A program made the translations under genes and the position numbers. From the NCBI GenBank assembly GCA_910588975.1, contig CAJUSE010000004.1:3790-35789 (forward strand): a stretch of DNA of 32,000 nucleotides, given 5' to 3'. The notes under the pieces were generated by a model that was not told where the DNA came from, did not search any database, and saw only the letters and a list, made by a program, of their open reading frames with translations. Below, in pieces: positions 29,457 to 32,000 of the stretch (its first letter is position 1; every line of letters starts with the position of its first letter). Origin of the DNA: an uncultured Oscillospiraceae bacterium (lineage in GTDB: Bacteria > Bacillota > Clostridia > Oscillospirales > Oscillospiraceae).

Positions 29457-30553
29457 AAAGAACGGTCTCTATGCTTCTGGCCCTGACCTTGGGCCTCACC
29501 CTGGTGGGCTGCAGCGGCCAGAGGGGGGAGAAAAACCCGGATCCCGAGGTCAGCACCCCTGTTGAGGAGAGCCAGACCACCGAGCCCCGGAGCTTTACCG
29601 ACTCCCTGGGCCGGACGGTGGAGCTGCCCGCCCAGATCGACCACATCGCCGTCAGCGCCGCCATGGCCCAGCGGGTGGTGGCCCCCCTGGCCGCTGATAA
29701 GATGATCGGGCGCTCCGGGGAGTTCACCGAGGCGGAAAGGGAGTATTACACCGACGCCTATGCCGAGCTACCCGTGGTGGGCGAGTTCTACGGCAAGGAG
29801 ACCGGGGATCTGGAGGTGCTGCTCTCCTCCGGCGCCCAGGTGGTCATCGACGTAGGTACGCCTAAGGACGGTCTGGCCGAGGACCTGGACGCCCTCACCC
29901 GGCAGACGGGCATCCCCTTCGTCCACATTTCCTTCTACGCCGATGCCATGGATGAGGTATATATCAAGCTGGGCGAGCTGCTGAACATGCCCGATGAAGC
30001 CGAGAAGCTGGCGGCCTACTGCCGGGAGACCTATGATATGGTCCAGGCCATCGCCGACAAGGCCGAGAAGGCCAACATCCTCTATGTGGTGGGGGATAAG
30101 GGGCTCAATGTCATCGCCAGGGGCAGCTACCACGCCGGGGTCATCGACATGCTGACCAACAACCTGGCCGTGGTGGATAACCCCGTCTCCAAGGGCTTTG
30201 GCAACGAGGTGGACATGGAGCAGATCCTGCTCTGGGACCCGGATATCATCTTCTTCTCTCCTGAGAGCATCTATGATACCGTGGCCGATGATCCCCTCTA
30301 TCAGCAGGTCACCGCCATCAGGAACGGGGCCTACTATAAGGTCCCCCTTGGCCCGGACAACTGGATGGGCTTTCCCCCTTCGGTCCAGCAGCTGCTGGGT
30401 ATGCAGTGGATGGCCAAGGTCCTCTATCCCGACCTGGCCGACTACGACCTCTACGAGCGGGTAAATGAGTTCTACACCCTGTTCTACCATAAGCCCCTGT
30501 CCCAGGAGGAATTCGATAAGCTGGTCGCCGGCTCTCTGAGCCCGAAAGCCTGA
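29453..30553 (+). CDS. ABC transporter substrate-binding lipoprotein (Peripla_BP_2 / cluster A, BtuF/FhuD-like)
   Basis: ATGA overlap with the ATPase gene. The Sec/SPII signal with lipobox reads MKRTVSMLLALTLGLTLVGC. The 366-aa product sits downstream of the FecCD permease and ATPase genes. Confidence 0.8.
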   Translation: MKRTVSMLLALTLGLTLVGCSGQRGEKNPDPEVSTPVEESQTTEPRSFTDSLGRTVELPAQIDHIAVSAAMAQRVVAPLAADKMIGRSGEFTEAEREYYTDAYAELPVVGEFYGKETGDLEVLLSSGAQVVIDVGTPKDGLAEDLDALTRQTGIPFVHISFYADAMDEVYIKLGELLNMPDEAEKLAAYCRETYDMVQAIADKAEKANILYVVGDKGLNVIARGSYHAGVIDMLTNNLAVVDNPVSKGFGNEVDMEQILLWDPDIIFFSPESIYDTVADDPLYQQVTAIRNGAYYKVPLGPDNWMGFPPSVQQLLGMQWMAKVLYPDLADYDLYERVNEFYTLFYHKPLSQEEFDKLVAGSLSPKA

Positions 30554-30563
30554 TACAAACAAG

Positions 30564-30606
30564 AAAAAAGGGCCGCCGTTTTACATGAAAACGGCGGCCC
30601 TTTGTA
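30564..30606. terminator. Bidirectional rho-independent terminator
   Basis: aaaaa-agggccgccgtttt-acatg-aaaacggcggccct-ttgtatt, between convergent genes. Confidence 0.8.
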
Positions 30607-30620
30607 TTGGAAAATGGGGC

Positions 30621-32000
30621 TTACTTCTGCTCTGCGGTCAAAAGATACCGCTGGAGGATGGCGGCAAACTGGGCCCGGGTGGCGCTGCCGACCGGGTCCA
30701 GCAGTCCGGCGGAGGTGCCGGTGATGATCCCCCGCTCCACCGCCCAGCCGAAGGACGCCCGGGCGTAGCCAGCCACACTGTCCCGGTCCGGGAAGGACTG
30801 CAGTCCGCTTTCGCTGCCGGCGTGGCCGTCAAAGCGGCAAAGGAGGGTCACAAGCTGTTCCCGGGTGAGCACCCCCAGCGGGGCGGTGCCGTCAGAGATG
30901 CCCCGCTCCATGGCCCACTGGCGGGCGTCCTCCATATGGGCGGGGCTTTCCCCGGCAAGCCGGGCCAGTACCATCCAGGCTTGCTGCCGGGTGATGAGCC
31001 CCTGGGGCTGGAACTGGGCGGAGCCCGTCCCGTTCATCAGCCCCTTTTCGTGGACGAAGGCCACGGCGCTATGGTACCATGCCGTCTCGTCCACATCGTC
31101 GTAGGGGAGGGCGGGAAGGTCATCAAATACCAGCCCGGAAATGGCCACAGGGCTGAGCAAGGGGCCGTTGTTGAACACCACGCCGCCCTCGGCAGCCCGG
31201 TTCAGCACCGGGTGGGAAAGGGCAAAGGTCATGCCCCGGATCTCGGTGGCCGAGCCCACCAGAAGGTACTGCTCGTTCTCCTTGCCGGATTTTGCCCCCT
31301 TGATGCCGTTGTATACCGGGTCATTCCAGGTCACATCCACGCCGTACCAGTTTCCGTCCACCTGCACCGAATTCCACATGTGGTAGGTGCCGCTGCTCTG
31401 GTCGGTGGGCTTTGCATAGCCCGTCTCCAGTACGCAGGGGATGCCCAGCTGGTCGCAGAGGACCTTGAAGGCCCGGGAGTAGCCGTCGCATACCGGCCCG
31501 TTGTTCCCCGTCCTGCCCTCCAGGGCGCTGAGACACTCGTGGGGCTCATTGCCGATGGTGGTCAGGTCCGGGGTAGTGTTGTACTCGTTGCTCTCGGTCA
31601 AAATGCGGTTCAGGGTCTTGAGCTTTTCCACGGTCGTGCCCTCGCCCACCTCGGACAAGATCCGCTTCACCGCCGTATCCCGGCGGGCAATACCCGCCGC
31701 CACGGCACCGTTGGCCGTCCAGTCGGGGGAGCACATGGTAAAGCCGTTGTTGTCCACAAGGGTCAGAAAGAAGTAGGCCGTCGGGGTGCCGCCGGGCTCC
31801 TGGGCGGTGAGTATGCGCAGCTTGCACTTTCCGCTGAGCCAAAAGACCTCCGGGTGGTCCATGTCGAAGGCCTGAAAGACGGTGCCGATGTAGCTGCTGG
31901 CCTCCTTCTTCTTTTCCTCGTAATTCTCATCCTTGAGGAGCTTGGTCACGAAGACCCCGTTGAAGGTGTCGGTCCTGACCATATCCCCCAGCCGGAGGGC
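30621..32000 (-). CDS. SLH-domain cell-wall-anchored transglutaminase-like protein (5' end probably outside the window)
   Basis: A transglutaminase-like core is visible (CDGYSRAFKVLCDQLG...GTYHMWNSVQVDGNWYGVDVTWND). There are C-terminal SLH repeats (FDDLP...AWYHSAVAFVHEKGLMNG and FPDRDSVAGYARASFGWAVERGIITG). The frame stays open upstream of the ATG at 31982 to the window edge. Confidence 0.75.
   Translation of the reverse strand, partial: ALRLGDMVRTDTFNGVFVTKLLKDENYEEKKKEASSYIGTVFQAFDMDHPEVFWLSGKCKLRILTAQEPGGTPTAYFFLTLVDNNGFTMCSPDWTANGAVAAGIARRDTAVKRILSEVGEGTTVEKLKTLNRILTESNEYNTTPDLTTIGNEPHECLSALEGRTGNNGPVCDGYSRAFKVLCDQLGIPCVLETGYAKPTDQSSGTYHMWNSVQVDGNWYGVDVTWNDPVYNGIKGAKSGKENEQYLLVGSATEIRGMTFALSHPVLNRAAEGGVVFNNGPLLSPVAISGLVFDDLPALPYDDVDETAWYHSAVAFVHEKGLMNGTGSAQFQPQGLITRQQAWMVLARLAGESPAHMEDARQWAMERGISDGTAPLGVLTREQLVTLLCRFDGHAGSESGLQSFPDRDSVAGYARASFGWAVERGIITGTSAGLLDPVGSATRAQFAAILQRYLLTAEQK

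Noticed and set aside
1-32000. A scan for tRNA, rRNA, CRISPR arrays, transposases or integrases, and phage or defence genes.
   Set aside because: I found no cloverleaf-like or rRNA-like segment, no regularly spaced direct repeats, and no ORF with recombinase, transposase or known defence-system motifs.

Overview
High-GC (about 65%) monoderm, Clostridia-like chromosomal window, judged from GGAGG ribosome-binding sites, SLH/CsaB cell-wall genes and DUF1540. It is densely packed with about 35 genes, and many are translationally coupled through ATGA or GTGA overlaps. From left to right: a histidine-kinase 3' end, an AgcS-type symporter, a YcaQ-like DNA glycosylase, a GNAT, a PiT phosphate transporter, and a divergent Lrp/MATE pair. 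Next comes a short AT-rich island, then a cell-wall polysaccharide operon (GT4-CsaB fusion plus a glycosyltransferase), DUF4330, PAP2 and a second GNAT. These are followed by a DUF1540/GIY-YIG/ThpR operon, an AI-2E transporter, a Nudix hydrolase and an ornithine-cyclodeaminase/class-V aminotransferase pair. The most interesting part is 19.0-30.6 kb. It holds a tatB-like/tatA/tatC locus and then a second, about 83% identical tatB-like/tatA pair. That second pair heads an operon encoding a Tat-signal, lipobox-bearing 4x[4Fe-4S] protein, a signal-less AOR-family (YdhV-like) tungsto/molybdopterin enzyme, two paralogous unknown proteins and an FdhD-like protein. This operon and the following FecCD-type ABC importer are each preceded by a strong promoter and the same structured leader, which resembles the Moco/W-co riboswitch. 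The window ends in an SLH-anchored transglutaminase-like protein. Many long antisense ORFs in the track are high-GC artefacts. Hand-derived coordinates for small motifs may be off by 1-2 nt.
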